This document shows positions 1 to 8,875 of a DNA stretch of 46,277 nt, piece by piece. The translations under genes were made by a program, and so were the position numbers. The DNA comes from Thermodesulfobacteriota bacterium (GTDB lineage Bacteria > Desulfobacterota > GWC2-55-46 > JADFVP01), in NCBI GenBank assembly GCA_046753945.1, contig JBHHUW010000003.1, positions 1 through 46,277 of the forward strand. Reading direction: 5' to 3'. Every line of letters starts with the position of its first letter. Within the stretch, counting starts at the first letter, position 1. The notes beneath the pieces are model-generated. The model searched no databases, was not told the origin of the DNA, and saw nothing but the letters and a program-made list of their open reading frames with translations.

Positions 1-542
1 AGTATGGGGTGCACCCTTACGTGGTCCTCGCCCTCGGACTCGGATTTATACTGGTCCCAGAGCTCTGCGGGCTGGTCCTCGTAATTCCATTTAAAATCCT
101 CGTCACGGGGGGAAAAGACCCTCTCCTTTGCGCGAATGCCGTGCTCGTCCCGTCTTATTCCCAGAAGCAGGGCCTTGAAACCGTGCTCTGCGATGGTCTG
201 CTTCAGGGCATTGGTCTTGAGCTCGTTGCAGCAATCGAGCTTGCTGCCCTTGCCGGGCCCCATGCCGCCTGCAATGGACTCTTCGTTTCGCCCAATGATG
301 AGGTCGAGACCATATTCCTTGGCGTAGTGGTCACGAAACTCATACATCTTCTTAAATTTGTATCCCGTATCAATATGTATGACAGGAAAGGGAATCTTGC
401 CAAAAAAGGCCTTCTGGCATAACCACAAGAGGGTGGTGGAGTCCTTTCCCACAGACCAGAGAAGCGCTATGTCCTTGTACTTGGCATAGGCCTCCCTGAT
501 GATAAAAATACTCTTGTTCTCAAGCATTGTGAGCTGGTCCAT
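1..542 (-). CDS. cysD: Sulfate adenylyltransferase subunit 2 (PAPS-reductase/PP-loop family), runs off the window edge
   Basis: Not in the ORF track. Manual minus-strand translation from ATG at 542 gives MDQLTMLENKSIFIIREAY...LLWSVGKDST...PFPVIHIDTG...GIRRDEHGIRAKERVFSPRD...DQPAELW...HVRVHPIL, all CysD hallmarks. AAGGAG RBS precedes the start. Confidence 0.93.
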   Translation of the reverse strand, partial: MDQLTMLENKSIFIIREAYAKYKDIALLWSVGKDSTTLLWLCQKAFFGKIPFPVIHIDTGYKFKKMYEFRDHYAKEYGLDLIIGRNEESIAGGMGPGKGSKLDCCNELKTNALKQTIAEHGFKALLLGIRRDEHGIRAKERVFSPRDEDFKWNYEDQPAELWDQYKSESEGEDHVRVHPI

Positions 543-566
543 AACTTCTCCTTAGTATTGGGTAAA

Positions 567-1919
567 TTAAGACGAAAAATAATCAAGTATGATGGCGGCA
601 AGTGACTCTATATGAAGTCGCTTGTCCGGGGCCGCCCGGTTGGGGAGGATAGAATGCGCGTCGTGCCTCGTATGCATGCCCGTGAACCTGCCGTTACCAA
701 AGACCTCCTCTTTCTTAAATGTGCTCTTAAGATCAAAGCCGTCGTTGGCAAGGCAGACCAGGTCAGGCCCCTTATCAGCCTCCTGGCCGCTGTATAGCTC
801 GTTATTTTCATATATCCGCTTTATGACATTCTCGCCCTCAAATGTAAGCGAAGCAAGGACCCGCTTTACCGCCTGAGTGACCCCTGCAACATCATCGGAG
901 CTAACCGCGCCCTCGGGGTACTTTCCCTCATGGTTCAGGTATATCCTTGCCGGCTCCATGGCAAAGGCCTTTGTGGGAGCCTTTATCTGCTCAAAATAAT
1001 CCCTGGACTCATCAAGATGGAGGAGGCCTTCTTTCTGAAAGAGGGTGTTTATGTAGACCTCTTTTTTTAGCTCCGTAAAGCCATGGTCCGACATGGTCAT
1101 AAAGAACCCCTCGCCGCCTGTAAGGTCATGAAAGCGGGCGAAGAGTGTGCCAATTATATCGTCAAGCTTCTTGTAAAAGTTAATAAAGCGGCCATGATAT
1201 TTATGTGTCTCGTCAAAGGCCGCGTCAAAGAAAAAGTGATGGAGCCGGTCTGTCTCCGTAATAACTGCGATAAAGAGAGCCCAGGGGTCCTCCACCATGA
1301 AGTGCTCGAAGGCCTCCACCCTGCGGTCAAGGACAAAGTCCACCTCCTCAAAAAAACCATCCGGGTCGGAGACGGCCTTTGTAGAGTCCACATCGGACCT
1401 GTAACCAATGGACTTCAGATAATCATAAGCCGAGGCAGGATAAGTGCCCTTTTCAAGGTCTATGCAGACAAAACCCGCCGTCAATATGCCGTTCATGGGC
1501 GCGGCCGGGTAGGTCTCCGGTACATTCATCACTACAGAGCGCAGGGGGTCAGGAAAGCGGTCTCCGTACCGGTTGGCAAGTGTGGATTTTTTCCCGCCGG
1601 CCGTGCCTCCGAGAATATCCCAGATAGAAGGAGCGCTTATATGTGAATAAGAAGGAAAGTACATGGAGTAGGCCCCGGGTTTCAGGTCCATGAAGCCGTA
1701 TATGCCATGCTCTCCCGGATTAGTGCCAGTCAAAAATGAAGCCCACGACGTTGATGATACGTCGGGTATGGAGGCGTCCATCTCGTGTAAGGTAAAACCG
1801 CCGGATAGTATCTCTTTTACGCGCGGCATAAGGCCCATATCCATATACTCTGAGACAAGGCCGCGGGAGACCCCGTCAAGCCCTACGGCAAGGCATCTTT
1901 TCTCTCTCTTTTCCGGCAA
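567..1919 (-). CDS. Alkaline phosphatase superfamily protein (type I phosphodiesterase/NPP-like, COG3379-like), short form without LGY tail
   Basis: Motifs GLDG, SIPDVSSTSWASFLTG.NPG.HGIYGF, ETDRLHH, MSDHGF, GMH; no signal peptide; TTG start after a G-rich RBS. Confidence 0.88.
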   Translation of the reverse strand: MPEKREKRCLAVGLDGVSRGLVSEYMDMGLMPRVKEILSGGFTLHEMDASIPDVSSTSWASFLTGTNPGEHGIYGFMDLKPGAYSMYFPSYSHISAPSIWDILGGTAGGKKSTLANRYGDRFPDPLRSVVMNVPETYPAAPMNGILTAGFVCIDLEKGTYPASAYDYLKSIGYRSDVDSTKAVSDPDGFFEEVDFVLDRRVEAFEHFMVEDPWALFIAVITETDRLHHFFFDAAFDETHKYHGRFINFYKKLDDIIGTLFARFHDLTGGEGFFMTMSDHGFTELKKEVYINTLFQKEGLLHLDESRDYFEQIKAPTKAFAMEPARIYLNHEGKYPEGAVSSDDVAGVTQAVKRVLASLTFEGENVIKRIYENNELYSGQEADKGPDLVCLANDGFDLKSTFKKEEVFGNGRFTGMHTRHDAHSILPNRAAPDKRLHIESLAAIILDYFSS

Positions 1920-2048
1920 AGGTTACCCCCTGTTTTAATAAAGAATTTGACCCGGCAGAGCGGGCATGCTGAGAAATGGTTTAAGATTCACATGATGAGA
2001 TAAGAGACGATGATTGAGGCCGGGCAAATACATCAACCTCATGAGAGG

Positions 2049-2081
2049 TCCGGGGCCCTACGGCATTAAGCCGGCCCCGGA
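2049..2081 (-). terminator. GC-rich hairpin downstream of the repeat-protein gene (possible weak terminator or mRNA stabiliser)
   Basis: TCCGGGGC...GCCCCGGA outer stem plus inner CGGC/GCCG stem; no clear U-tract on the minus strand. Confidence 0.35.
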
Positions 2082-2109
2082 ACGTTGCTAAAAACAAAAA
2101 ACAAGGCTA

Positions 2110-2895
2110 TTATGGCTGCATCCTCTTTTTCGCCGCGCCGGGATTGCTTCGCGCGCGTCTTACCTTGTCTGGATTATTCTTTATAGTCCCTCTGTTTCTA
2201 TAGGCCTTCTTCGATGCTTTTGGGTGCTTTGTCAGGGTACCTTTGTTCTTATAGGCTTTCTTGGAGGCCTTGGGATGTTTAGCGGCCCACTCCTTGTGCT
2301 TGTCAAGCTTCTTGGCCACCTTTGGGTTCTTCTTCAAATACTCCTTGTTCTGATAGGCCGCATCGAGCACCCTGGGGTTTTCTCTCAGAAACTTGTTGTT
2401 ATTATAAAGCTCCTTTGCCACCCTGGGATTCTTGTTAAGGTACTCCTTGTTCTTATATACCTCTACGGCCACATCGGGGTGATTGTTGAGCCATTTTCTA
2501 TCCGAGTAGGCCACCTTGGCCACTTCAGGGTGTTTGTTAAGCCACGACCTGTGCGAATATGCCCTTTTAGCCACATCGGGGTGGCTGTTTAGGTATTGGC
2601 GGTTTCCGTAAAAGGCCTTTGCGCTCTTCGGGTGCTTCTCAAGCCATACCCTATTCTTCAGCATGGAGTCAACCACCCTGGGATGGGCGTCAAGCCAGGC
2701 CGCGTTGGCAAATGCGGCATCAGCGGCAGCGGGATTATCAGCGAGCCACCTTGCGGTGGACTGATCATCTGGCATACCTGCTATCTCGGCAAGGACGGCA
2801 GGGTCGTCCACGGCAATGGCCGTAACGGGTGCAGTTAATCCGGCAAATACAACGGTCAGCAATACGACAAACAACCCTACAAGATGCTTTCTCAT
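2110..2895 (-). CDS. Secreted basic tandem-repeat protein of unknown function
   Basis: Sec-type signal peptide (MRKHLVGLFVVLLTVVFAGLTAPVTAIA), GGAGG RBS, then 12 consecutive 17-aa repeats. Confidence 0.85.
   Translation of the reverse strand: MRKHLVGLFVVLLTVVFAGLTAPVTAIAVDDPAVLAEIAGMPDDQSTARWLADNPAAADAAFANAAWLDAHPRVVDSMLKNRVWLEKHPKSAKAFYGNRQYLNSHPDVAKRAYSHRSWLNKHPEVAKVAYSDRKWLNNHPDVAVEVYKNKEYLNKNPRVAKELYNNNKFLRENPRVLDAAYQNKEYLKKNPKVAKKLDKHKEWAAKHPKASKKAYKNKGTLTKHPKASKKAYRNRGTIKNNPDKVRRARSNPGAAKKRMQP
2137..2748 (-). repeat. 12 x 51-bp (17-aa) coding tandem repeat, consensus approx. [WYF]Lxx[HN]Px[VA]AxxxYxNxx
   Basis: Residues 50-253 split exactly into 17-mers, e.g. WLEKHPKSAKAFYGNRQ / YLNSHPDVAKRAYSHRS / WLNKHPEVAKVAYSDRK / WLNNHPDVAVEVYKNKE. 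Confidence 0.9.
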
Positions 2896-2937
2896 TTGTT
2901 GTAACCTCCGTAGTTTAGATTAACACTTAATATCATA

Positions 2938-3726
2938 TTATACCTTTTTCAAGGTCCTTTTCAAAGAATAAAAGTTATGGAAGGCGCCCTTAATGGCCGT
3001 CCTGTAAGCAAGCCCTGTTGTAAGGTGAGCGCTCCCCACCCTCTTTAAAGAAAGAGGGCACTCCCTTGCCGGATGACCGGCAAAGGCCGCCTTAAAGCCC
3101 TGCCTCTTAAGCTCTGCCATGACCCGTTCGTCAAATTCTCCGTATGGATAACAAAAGATAGGAGCACTCACCCCGAGCCTCTCCTCAATGGCGCTGCGGC
3201 TCTGATTCAGTTCTCTCTCAAGGTCCTTATCAGAGAGTCTCGTAAGATGGGGGTGAGAGACTGAATGGGACTGGAAATCAATGCCATATCTCTCCATTTC
3301 CTTAATCTTATCCCATGTTAGGAGCGGCAAGACAGGTATGCCGGGATCTCTTTCCCACGTAGAGGCCCTGGCCGTGAAGCCGGTAACAAGGAAGATGGTA
3401 GCCGTGAAGCCGAACTCTTTTAAGAGAGGATAGGCTACCTCGTAATTATTCCATAAGCCATCGTCAAATGTCAAGACAACGGCCTTCTCTGGCAGCGGCG
3501 TCCCGCCTTCAAGGGCATCCACCATACGCGCCGCCGTAACAGTCTCGTAACCGAGCCCCTTGATAATCGTAAGATGCCGCCTGAATATGCCTGGCGCTAT
3601 GGATACGGGGGACCCGCTCTCATCAAAGGAGTGGTATGTAATAACGGCCGGCCGGCGTGAGGGCCGTAAGGCCCCAAGGCCGTAGAGGCCGAGCATGATG
3701 CATTGTTTGAATAGAGGTTTTAACAC
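2938..3726 (-). CDS. Polysaccharide deacetylase (CE4, IcaB/PgaB-like)
   Basis: ITYH, LTFDDG, QSHSVSHPHL and FCYPYG motifs. Confidence 0.92.
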   Translation of the reverse strand: MLKPLFKQCIMLGLYGLGALRPSRRPAVITYHSFDESGSPVSIAPGIFRRHLTIIKGLGYETVTAARMVDALEGGTPLPEKAVVLTFDDGLWNNYEVAYPLLKEFGFTATIFLVTGFTARASTWERDPGIPVLPLLTWDKIKEMERYGIDFQSHSVSHPHLTRLSDKDLERELNQSRSAIEERLGVSAPIFCYPYGEFDERVMAELKRQGFKAAFAGHPARECPLSLKRVGSAHLTTGLAYRTAIKGAFHNFYSLKRTLKKV

Positions 3727-4514
3727 TTTTTTCTGATAAGGGCCCGGTGCTTACGGTAGAAGAGTACGTATGACTTCGTATGCAGGTAGGCCATCTTGTT
3801 AAAAGGATTTTTTCGCGTAATCCCCTGCAGGAGATGCCTTACCACAAAACCCGGGTAAGCCACTACTTTCCACCCGCCCTTCTCCATGCGTGCGCAGTAA
3901 TCGGCGTCCTCGAAACCGTAAAACATGTTCTCGTCAAGGAGCCCCACCTTCTTTACGGCCTCTTTTCTTAATAACTGAAAGGCCCCTTCCACAAAATCCA
4001 CGACTCTCGGCCCGGTCCGTTGCCAGCTCTCAAGATGGTGTTCCCTTAATATTTTGCTATCGCGCACAATGCCGGCCATATTCAGTCTTCGAAGGAACAC
4101 ATGTATGGGCCTCGGATATGTCCTTGTAGAGGAGTGGATTACATTATCCTCCGATACGAGTGTGCAACCCAACAGGCCAACGTCCTCGTTGGAGTCCATG
4201 TAGGAGATAAGGTCGCCGAAATTCTTTGAGACTACCTCCGTATCGGCGTCGAGGATGAGGATATAACGGCCCGCGGCCTTCTCTAATAACTGATTGCGCG
4301 CCGGGGCCACGCCTCTATTCTCAGTATTATGAAAGAGTTTCACACCGGGATAGGCCTTTTCAACAGCCTCGGGGGTTCCATCCGTGGAGGCGTTGTCCAG
4401 GACCAGGACCTCGAAGTCAATATCATCACCTAAGCATTCATATAGAGACTTCAGACAGTTAAGGAGCAGGTCTCTACAGTCCTTAACTATAATTGTCACG
4501 GAAAGTTCCGGCAT
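3720..4514 (-). CDS. Glycosyltransferase family 2
   Basis: VLDNASTDGT, LILDAD, GLLDENMFYGFEDADYC; ATG at 4514 preferred over TTG at 4520. Confidence 0.92.
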   Translation of the reverse strand: MPELSVTIIVKDCRDLLLNCLKSLYECLGDDIDFEVLVLDNASTDGTPEAVEKAYPGVKLFHNTENRGVAPARNQLLEKAAGRYILILDADTEVVSKNFGDLISYMDSNEDVGLLGCTLVSEDNVIHSSTRTYPRPIHVFLRRLNMAGIVRDSKILREHHLESWQRTGPRVVDFVEGAFQLLRKEAVKKVGLLDENMFYGFEDADYCARMEKGGWKVVAYPGFVVRHLLQGITRKNPFNKMAYLHTKSYVLFYRKHRALIRKKC

Positions 4515-4538
4515 ATTCAACCTGATCTATTGAAAATG

Positions 4539-4578
4539 AAAAAACTTCCCGGACGGCCTGTTGTGGCCGCCCGGGAAG
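4539..4578 (-). terminator. Rho-independent terminator after the S8 peptidase gene
   Basis: Minus strand CTTCCCGGGCGGCC-ACAACA-GGCCGTCCGGGAAG-TTTTTT: 14-bp stem with one G-U pair, then U6. Confidence 0.85.
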
Positions 4579-4586
4579 GAGATATA

Positions 4587-6200
4587 CTAAGGAGTGATAG
4601 TGTAGGGGGCTATGTCCTCGTCATAGCTTGTGCCCGTAACCTCGGCCCTGCCGACAATTTTATATGCGCCAGTGGGAATAGTGTGCGGGACGGTCTTTAT
4701 GAAGGGGGCGCTCACCAAGGTGAGTGCGCCTACATTTAATGTCTTCGAATTCAGTGTCACCTCGTGACCATCAGGGAAAACTGCAACTACGCTGGCATTG
4801 ACAGTATGTGTCGTGGAGTCGAGATTATCGATGGTAACGGTGTATGAGAGACTCCCGCCGCGAGCTACCGTCGTAGGACCTGTGGGTGTAATGGCCATGG
4901 TCACCACTGGCGGAGGAAGAAGGAAGGTGTTGTTGATGTTAAGACGGCCGCCAGTTCCAACGGTGAGTCCGGCTGGGTCCACACCGGCAAGCAGCATCCA
5001 CTTTACCTCGTTTACGGTGAGCGTCGGGTCTTTGGCCAACAGAAGGCTGGCCGCTCCCGCAACATGGGGCGTGGCCATGGAGGTTCCGTTATAACTGGCG
5101 TATGTGTTACCGGGAAGGGTAGAGAGAATGTTTACGCCGGGTGCGCCAAGGTCCACGGAAGTAAGGCCGTAGTTCGAAAACCAGGCCATGGAGTCATTAT
5201 GGTCCGTGGCTGCAACAGATATGATATTGGGAAGATCATATGCCGACGGGTACTGTGGGCTAAAATCCGTGTTGACATTGTCATTACCCGCGGCAGCGGC
5301 AAAGACGCTGTTCGAGGCCTCTATGGCGTCTTTTTCCGCCTGCGTGAAAGAGGTGCTCCCGTATGAGTTGTTTGATACCCTAACACCCATGTCCGCGTAG
5401 TAATTAACGGCGGCCACTATATCCGAGGAGGTTGCGGAACAGAAGGCACCGTAGAATACCTTGAAGACCTTAAGAGGCATTATCTTCACATTCCAGTTTA
5501 CGCCTGTGACGCCTATGCCGTTATTACCCACGGCCCCTATGGTGCCTGCCGTATGTGTGCCGTGCCCGTCGCAGAGGCCCTCGTCGTCAGAGGGGTCGTT
5601 GTCGTTACGGGCAAAGTCCCAGCCATGAACATCATCTACATAACCATTACCGTCATCGTCTATGCCATTACCGGCTATCTCGCCGGGGTTTGTGTATACG
5701 TTGGCGGCAATATCCGGGTGGTTCATATCCAGACCTGTGTCTATATCGGCTACTACCATGTTGGGGTTCCCCGTGGTGACGTTCCAGGCCTCAACGGCGT
5801 CGATATCGGCGTCAAAGGCGCCGCCTGTCTGGCCTGTGTTGTGAAGGCCCCAGAGGCTGCTGAACTGAGTATCGTTGGGCGTGTTATCCAGATACCTCAA
5901 GGCGTTGGGCTCGGCGTATTTAACGGCATTGAGGCCCTTCAGGATTCTTACCGCCCGCTTTACCGTACCCTCAGGCACCCTTACATGGAGGGCCTGTATG
6001 CGGGCGAACCGCTTGATCAGTTTACCCTTTACGCTCGAGAGCGCCCTATCCACCGCAGCCTGATCAACGCTGTCATTAAAACGTATAATCAGCTCTCCGG
6101 GAACATAGGCCGGACGATTCTGGCCGGAGCCCGCAAGAGCGGCCCCGCTTACAGCCATTATCATAATAATAATTAATAACACGTATCTCTTCCGTAACAT
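4587..6200 (-). CDS. Secreted subtilisin-like serine protease (S8) with prodomain and C-terminal beta-sandwich-like domain
   Basis: Catalytic triad VADIDTG / DGHGTHTAG / GTSMATPHVAG. Start reassigned to ATG 6200 (AAGGAGG RBS, signal peptide MLRKRYVLLIII...); the longer ORF overlaps the upstream gene. Confidence 0.95.
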   Translation of the reverse strand: MLRKRYVLLIIIMIMAVSGAALAGSGQNRPAYVPGELIIRFNDSVDQAAVDRALSSVKGKLIKRFARIQALHVRVPEGTVKRAVRILKGLNAVKYAEPNALRYLDNTPNDTQFSSLWGLHNTGQTGGAFDADIDAVEAWNVTTGNPNMVVADIDTGLDMNHPDIAANVYTNPGEIAGNGIDDDGNGYVDDVHGWDFARNDNDPSDDEGLCDGHGTHTAGTIGAVGNNGIGVTGVNWNVKIMPLKVFKVFYGAFCSATSSDIVAAVNYYADMGVRVSNNSYGSTSFTQAEKDAIEASNSVFAAAAGNDNVNTDFSPQYPSAYDLPNIISVAATDHNDSMAWFSNYGLTSVDLGAPGVNILSTLPGNTYASYNGTSMATPHVAGAASLLLAKDPTLTVNEVKWMLLAGVDPAGLTVGTGGRLNINNTFLLPPPVVTMAITPTGPTTVARGGSLSYTVTIDNLDSTTHTVNASVVAVFPDGHEVTLNSKTLNVGALTLVSAPFIKTVPHTIPTGAYKIVGRAEVTGTSYDEDIAPYTITP

Positions 6201-6223
6201 TTTATTCTCCTCCTTTCTTGATG

Positions 6224-7669
6224 TTAAAAGAGTTTCTTCATCATGGAGCGTGATGCGTAATAAAACTCCTTTGGATGTACCACGCGCCATAGATTGCGAG
6301 CTATAAACCGCGGTCTCAGATAAAAACTGAAGTTGGCATGGCGGACAAGGCCCTCGAGATCATCTGTGGAAAGATTGGGATAGCTGTGAATCGCCTCCTT
6401 TCTCACGTCCCTGGGCACATAATCGCCGTGAACAAACCAACCTTCTTTCTTTGCTATCTCGTAAAAATCCGTCCCCGGAAAAGGGCTTGCCAGGCTATAC
6501 ATTACGCCATCGGGATCGAGTTTTTTTACTATCTCTATATTTCTTAATATTGATTCCTTTGTCTCAAGGGGGCTTGAGCCGAGGAGCATATTGAGCTTTA
6601 CGATGATACCGTTTTCCTTGAGAAGCCTTATGGCCTCCTCTATCTTCTCTATCTCTATCTCTTTTTTAACGTACTCGAGGACAGGTTCCTCAAAGCTCTC
6701 TGCGCCTATGTCCACGAACATGCAATTGGCCTTTTTCATGGCCTTGATAATATTCTCGTTAAGATAATCAGCGCGGGCAAGACAACCCCAGCTCATACCA
6801 AGAGGGCCAATCCTCTCGCAGATCTCAACGGTCCTCTTCTCACCCCATGGAAACTGGTCGTCAAGGATATTGACGGCGCGAAACCCCTCGTCACGAAGTA
6901 TTTTAAACTCACGCTCTATGTTCTCCGGAGAGCGCTGTCTTACGGCGGGCTTGCTTCCACCGGAACCCTTCTTATACTCCAGCTCTCTGGCGAAAGAGAG
7001 AGAGTTGGGCACGCAGTATATGCACTTGTGGGGGCATCCTCTTGAGGTGAGGGCCGCTGTTACGGGCCTCACACCGAACTTGGGGTTATAGTACTTGCTC
7101 CTGTCTATAAGATGGCGCGCTGGAAATGGCAGCGAGTCAAGGTCATGAAGCAAGGGCCGTGAGTTATTGTGGACGGCCACACCTCCCTTCATATAAGATA
7201 GCCCCTCTATAGAGGCCATTTCGCTGCCCTTGAAAATGGCCTCGGCAAGCTCCGTTAGCGTCAGATCCATCTCTCCGCGTATGGCAAAGGAAGACTCATC
7301 GAGAAGGAATACATCCGTTGTATAGGTAGGCGCTGGCCCCACGAAGGCCACGGGCACATTGCCCCGGAGCTCCCTTATCAGGCCGTGGGCAATCCTGTCC
7401 GTCTCCACGGCGAGGTTTACCGTGTAAAAGCAGTACATATCACTATCATCGCCGGATAGAAAGCGGGTAAAATCCTCCTTCTGCCAGCCCTCTACCGGGC
7501 CGTCTATATAGCGAACCTCATATCCTGCCTCCTCAAGTACGGCGGCAGATGTAAGGGCGAATATATTGGGTATGGGGTATATGCCGTAATTACAGCCAAA
7601 GACCCTCTCAACGGGCTGATTGCCGTCAAGGGGCGGGGGCATTATGAATGTGATCTTCTTTCCACTCAT
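6224..7669 (-). CDS. Cobalamin-binding-domain radical SAM protein
   Basis: N-terminal B12-binding-like domain (VGPAPT, IRGEMD), TSRGCPHKCIYC cluster motif, PFPGT motif. Confidence 0.9.
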   Translation of the reverse strand: MSGKKITFIMPPPLDGNQPVERVFGCNYGIYPIPNIFALTSAAVLEEAGYEVRYIDGPVEGWQKEDFTRFLSGDDSDMYCFYTVNLAVETDRIAHGLIRELRGNVPVAFVGPAPTYTTDVFLLDESSFAIRGEMDLTLTELAEAIFKGSEMASIEGLSYMKGGVAVHNNSRPLLHDLDSLPFPARHLIDRSKYYNPKFGVRPVTAALTSRGCPHKCIYCVPNSLSFARELEYKKGSGGSKPAVRQRSPENIEREFKILRDEGFRAVNILDDQFPWGEKRTVEICERIGPLGMSWGCLARADYLNENIIKAMKKANCMFVDIGAESFEEPVLEYVKKEIEIEKIEEAIRLLKENGIIVKLNMLLGSSPLETKESILRNIEIVKKLDPDGVMYSLASPFPGTDFYEIAKKEGWFVHGDYVPRDVRKEAIHSYPNLSTDDLEGLVRHANFSFYLRPRFIARNLWRVVHPKEFYYASRSMMKKLF

Positions 7670-7688
7670 TCCAGAATCTCTCCTGCTA

Positions 7689-8831
7689 TTAAAACGCAGC
7701 GTATATATCCTTAAGCTCCGTAGCGGCCCTGTCCCAGTTAAGCTCTTCTTTTATCAGGGCCAGCCCCTTCTTCGAGGCCCCCCGCCTGAACCTGTCATCC
7801 GTTATGAACTTATTCATAGCCGAGACAATGGAGCCCATATCATTCTCATCAACTACAATACCGCAACCCTTCTCTCTTATTACAGCACCGAGCCCGCCTA
7901 TGTCCGTCATTACAACCGGAACGCCGTTTGCCAGCGTATCGTAAAACTTCGTGGGCGTAATATTAGTAAACCAGTCGTTCCTTCTGTAAAGGAGAAGCGA
8001 GACATCTATCTTCTCATAAAGGGCCTTCATCTCCTGCGCCCCGTAGGGTCCGTAATACTCCACCAGCGGCCCCATCTCTCTTAATACCCTCTCGAACTCG
8101 GGCCTGTATGCCTCCACCACCCGTCCGGCCAGAAACAATCTTGTATCCGGGTATTCTCGAACTACCTCCCGCATGGCACCAAGGGCCTCCTCAAGGCCTA
8201 TGTCCGGGTATATGGTGCCTATTCTCCCAAAAACAAGCCCCCGCCCTTTTTTCCTGTGGGGAGCATCAACTATTATCTCACTTACCGGCCAGTTACCTAT
8301 CTCCTTTACAGAACTTATGCCCCTTGCGAGAAACTTCTCCACCTGAAAAGTATTGGCTACTATGACGGCATCGGCGCGTCTTGCCAGAAAAAATTCCAGG
8401 CCGTTGACAAAAAAAAGCAGAAAATTCCAACGTTTCGGCCACAGGGCATAGTAATTTGGCTCGTGTGCGTCATATACGAGTTTACAGCTCCGTGTTAATT
8501 GTATCATAAAACCCAGCGGCATAACATCTAAATTATGACAATGTACTATATCGATGTCCTCTCTCATGAGCCTGAGGAAGGCCTTAATCCAGAAAGCCAG
8601 AAGGAAAAAGGCCTGAACCGGGCCGCGCATCTCCCCTGACCGCACCCTCACCCGTCTTATCTCAATACCACCGCAGCTCTCCTCAAGGGGCGCCTCGCAC
8701 TTTCTATCCCACCCCATAATAAGAACCCGGTGCCCCTCCTCAAGAAGGGTCCGGGCCTCGCTCGTAATCCGGGGATACCGCCCCTGAGTGGGCAGATAAC
8801 TCTGCGATAATATTTTTACGATCTTGGCCAT
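7689..8831 (-). CDS. Glycosyltransferase family 4
   Basis: DIVHCHN, VYDAHE, PTKFYDTLANGVPVVMTD GT-B motifs. Confidence 0.9.
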   Translation of the reverse strand: MAKIVKILSQSYLPTQGRYPRITSEARTLLEEGHRVLIMGWDRKCEAPLEESCGGIEIRRVRVRSGEMRGPVQAFFLLAFWIKAFLRLMREDIDIVHCHNLDVMPLGFMIQLTRSCKLVYDAHEPNYYALWPKRWNFLLFFVNGLEFFLARRADAVIVANTFQVEKFLARGISSVKEIGNWPVSEIIVDAPHRKKGRGLVFGRIGTIYPDIGLEEALGAMREVVREYPDTRLFLAGRVVEAYRPEFERVLREMGPLVEYYGPYGAQEMKALYEKIDVSLLLYRRNDWFTNITPTKFYDTLANGVPVVMTDIGGLGAVIREKGCGIVVDENDMGSIVSAMNKFITDDRFRRGASKKGLALIKEELNWDRAATELKDIYAAF

Positions 8832-8875
8832 ATCCTCAAATACCCAAACTCCTCTTAATAAAGCTCACCAATAGC

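Noticed and set aside
9-422. 137-aa plus-strand ORF and other short ORFs at the left edge
   Set aside because: They are antisense or off-frame shadows of cysD.
2137-2748. Possible CRISPR array or non-coding repeat
   Set aside because: The periodicity is at the protein level, with divergent codons and no repeat-spacer structure; no cas genes are present.
6201-6290. Extended N-terminus of the S8 ORF
   Set aside because: It overlaps the upstream gene; the RBS and signal peptide point to ATG 6200.
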